39,872 nt of DNA from Catajapyx aquilonaris (lineage: Eukaryota). The notes beneath the pieces were generated by a model, which worked only from the letters and a program-made list of their open reading frames with translations, had not been told where the DNA came from and did not search any database. Every line of letters starts with the position of its first letter. Position 1 is the first letter of the stretch. Of this stretch, positions 36,963 through 39,872 are shown piece by piece. A program made the translations under genes and the position numbers. The stretch lies in assembly GCA_000934665.2 (NCBI GenBank), contig KZ538930.1, positions 1 through 39,872 on the forward strand. The letters run 5' to 3'.

Positions 36963-37414
36963 TCTGACGCTGCCCTCTCCCACAGCGTATTCGCCTATAG
37001 GCCCTACATTATGGCGCACACTTCTTCAGCTGTTCTTTCTACTGTAGTAGTGAGTTTCGTAGTTGTTGTGAACAGAGAACCAGGTGTTAGAGAGCCTCCG
37101 GGCCTCGATTGTCAAGTTTTAGACTTTCTACTGCGGAAGAATGGCTAAAACACTAGTGTGCTAAAAAGAACCTCCTCAATATTATGCTTAATTTAGCTAA
37201 TACAAACTATACTGTGTCAGAGACAATGCTATCGCATGTCTTTTCATTGTACAATAAGTATACCGGTACTATAGGAGTACTTTTTAACGACTCATGTTCA
37301 ACCGTGACGAGGACAGGGGAGATAGGACTACTAGTAGATGACTTCGTCGCCCTGACTTGGCGTCGTTTTTTTATATAAATTTACCCCGTGGTGGGCTACA
37401 CTGGCCCTTTTGGG

Positions 37415-37745
37415 GGAACCTTTTGATTTCAGGCTTTACATGGCTGGAACCTTTTTACGAATCGCCCTGGTCCAAGGGCAGGGTGACTGGGAGGGGATGT
37501 GCGACCAGCGAAATGCAAGTGCAATGTCTCAAACGGTACATTTTGTGAACTCCCCGGGTGGATTAGTCTATCGTAGATTCCACCCGAGACCAAACCAGAG
37601 ACGACCCAACTCTGCACGAGATGAAAGGGGGAAGGCCCGGGCTGGGATCAAACCCTGGACCCTTCCATCCGTGGGTGCATACGTATCCGTGGGTGCATAC
37701 GTATCCGTGGGTGCATACGTATCCGCAGCGCCACTCCGCCTCCCC
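37415..37745 (-). mobile_element. SINE family C (copy 2) with an internal 18-bp triplication
   Basis: Reverse-complement homology to 8240-8530; (ATCCGTGGGTGCATACGT)x3 at 37667-37720. Confidence 0.85.
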
Positions 37746-37891
37746 AGGCTTGGCGTAGTTGTCGCAGTGGTAGTGGTAGTACGTAAATGTTGTGCAGGGT
37801 GATTTTCTCGAATGGAAACCCTAATATTCCTCAATAACTTTTTCTACTATTGTATGATTCCCGATGAAAATTGACATTACTCACTTTTTTA

Positions 37892-38112
37892 AATGGATAC
37901 CCCGTGATAGGCCTCCTTGGGCCATTCAGGGGATCATCTTTTCATTCACCGACTTTAATCATTTGCCTGAGCTACAGTATGATGGGTTTTGATAGTGTGA
38001 GGAAATGGGAGAACACCGAGAAAACACCCGCGAACACTTGAGAGAGCCCATCGACCTTCTATCCACATAAGTATCCTCTGTCCGACCCGGGGGACGGGGA
38101 TCGAACTCGGGA
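37892..38112 (-). mobile_element. SINE family A (copy 3, 5'-truncated, more diverged)
   Basis: Homologous to 7157-7363; retains the B box but lacks the A box. Confidence 0.88.
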
Positions 38113-38489
38113 TTATATTTGTTCGGCGCGGACATAACTGCAACGAGGATTGAGAAATAATCTGGTCAATTCAAGGCACGGCGCTTCAAGGCTGTCCAAA
38201 ATGCCCCGACTTCGCTTTCACCTCTCAAGCGGGGATTAATCGGGTATGGTCTTCAGGAGGCGGGGGTTGTCCGCACCCTCAGGACCACCACCTGCTGCCC
38301 CTTCATGTATTGCAGGGAACCCCTCGACAGTCAGGATGAAAATTTCCACGTATAGTCGTACTGTACCATTATTCTTGCTGAGCGGTACTGTACCCTGTAC
38401 ATGTCAGTTTTAATCGGGAACCATACTAGTTAAAGCGTTATTGAGGAATGTTTGGGTTTCCTTTCGAGAGAATCACCCTATAGTATAGG

Positions 38490-39872
38490 ACTCGCTTTGC
38501 GAGGTGGGGGGGCCCCGCCCCCCCACACCCCCCCGTGGGGCTGCGCCCCACGTGCGCGCCTTCGGCGCGGTGCCCGTGTCCCGCCTAATCCATCCGGTTA
38601 CAGAAATCCATCCGTTTACAGAACCCGTGACGTCACGGTCCACAAAGGTATTACGGTATCAGAATGCGCCCTGAGCTGACGGATGGTGAAAAAAGGAAAA
38701 GTGGGGTGGGGGCCAGGGGGAGGGGGTGTAACCAGATGTGAGCTGAGAGGTCTCCGGAGATGAGGGTGAATGGGCCATTGTTCTTTCCCGGCTTAACGAC
38801 AAACAGATGTTCCTTGTGGAGTGGGCAAAAGTCGACTTTCTGCCATCTCGAAAACGGCTGGGAATTTTGGCATTTTGAGGATTTTTGGACAATGTATATC
38901 GACCAAGGAATCCAACGGAATTTCGACCACAGCTCTACGACCTCGGGAAGTGCGAAATCTTTTCCATCCTATATCCTATATCCTCCTATATCCTCGGCGT
39001 GGGGCTTTATATATATTAGAAGACTCGCTTTGCGAGGCGGGGGGGCTCCGCCCCCCCACACCCCCCACACCCCCCCTTGGGGCTGCGCCCCACTTGGCGC
39101 GCCTTCGGCGCTACGCGTTCCCGCCCGGGCCTACCCACTTACCCAGCACCGCCAGAGAGCTGGAAATAATAACCTGGAGTTTGTCGTCAACGGAGTCACC
39201 AATGAAGCATGACAAATACCTCACCTCCAACAATCAACCAACCTACCAACCAGCCAATCAACCAACAACAATGAGCGCGCCCCACAAACAACAGTGCAAG
39301 TGCAGCCGGCCGCCACACACTTCCTCCGACACTCCCCAAAAATTGGTCGGAGCGAGGTGGCAATGTGGCATCTATGTTCACAGGACACCCGTGACGTCAC
39401 CACTAAAGGTGCGAGTAAAAGGAAACATGACGCAATAACAGATAACGTAGTGGAGGCGTTGAGTAGGGGAGGAGGATTCGAGGGGCCGGGCGGGCCGCCG
39501 GGGGAAGCGGGAGGTTATTGTGGGTGGTGGAGGCAATGCGATAGTGCCTCTCGTCTGTTGGCCGCTCGGGGAACCGGGGGAGTTGGGGGGATGCATTAAT
39601 TTGGCGATCTGGGGTTTGCGTCTACATTTAATTTGGCGATCTCGAAAACGGCTGGGAATTTTGCGATTATGAGGATTTTTGAAAATAGGAAACCGGGTGC
39701 AAGGAATCCAACGGTGTAAGTCCGAGGTCTGTACGACCTCGGGAAGTGGGAGATCTTTTCCATCCTATATCCTATATCCTCCTCGTTTAGGGGCTTTATA
39801 TATATTAGACTCGCTTTGCGAGGCGGGGGGGCTCCGCCCCCCCACACCCCCCCTTGGGGCTGCGCCCCAATT
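38490..39872. mobile_element. Head-to-tail array of Helitron-like units
   Basis: CTCGCTTTGCGAGG + GC-hairpin block at 38491, 39024 and 39810. A ~175-bp block ending TTTATATATATTAGA at 38845 and 39639. The repeat structure is certain; the Helitron assignment is inferred. Confidence 0.6.

Noticed and set aside
7078..38112. SINE strand bias (6 minus, 2 plus)
   Set aside because: The sample is too small to be meaningful.
38490..39872. CRISPR-like array or real CDS (205-aa and 150-aa ORFs)
   Set aside because: Units are hundreds of bp long, the context is eukaryotic, no cas genes are present, and the ORFs are low-complexity read-through of GC-rich repeats.

Overview
Eukaryotic genomic DNA, probably arthropod (the SINE types resemble those of hemimetabolous insects; this is inference). 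No intact protein-coding gene is supportable; nearly all listed ORFs are spurious or fall in repeats. The window is a dense mosaic of non-autonomous DNA transposons (Tc1/mariner, pogo/Tigger, piggyBac, PIF/Harbinger, hAT, CACT-type, Helitron-like), decayed transposase fragments, three tRNA-derived SINE families, an RTE-5'-derived short retroposon and microsatellites. N gaps sit in G/C homopolymers. Most notable: (1) a minus-strand TTTCAG|GTAAGT candidate recursive splice site at 23643/23644 with a ~150-nt AG-free zone, suggesting the window lies in a very long intron; (2) three independent fold-back Tc1/mariner derivatives built from two copies of the same end, the youngest with ~98% identical ~428-bp arms; (3) a 3' stem-loop shared in structure but not in sequence across SINE families; (4) a head-to-tail Helitron-like array with variable middles at the window end. 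All calls come from reading the sequence by eye; boundaries of old elements are approximate. I found no clearly novel multi-gene system.
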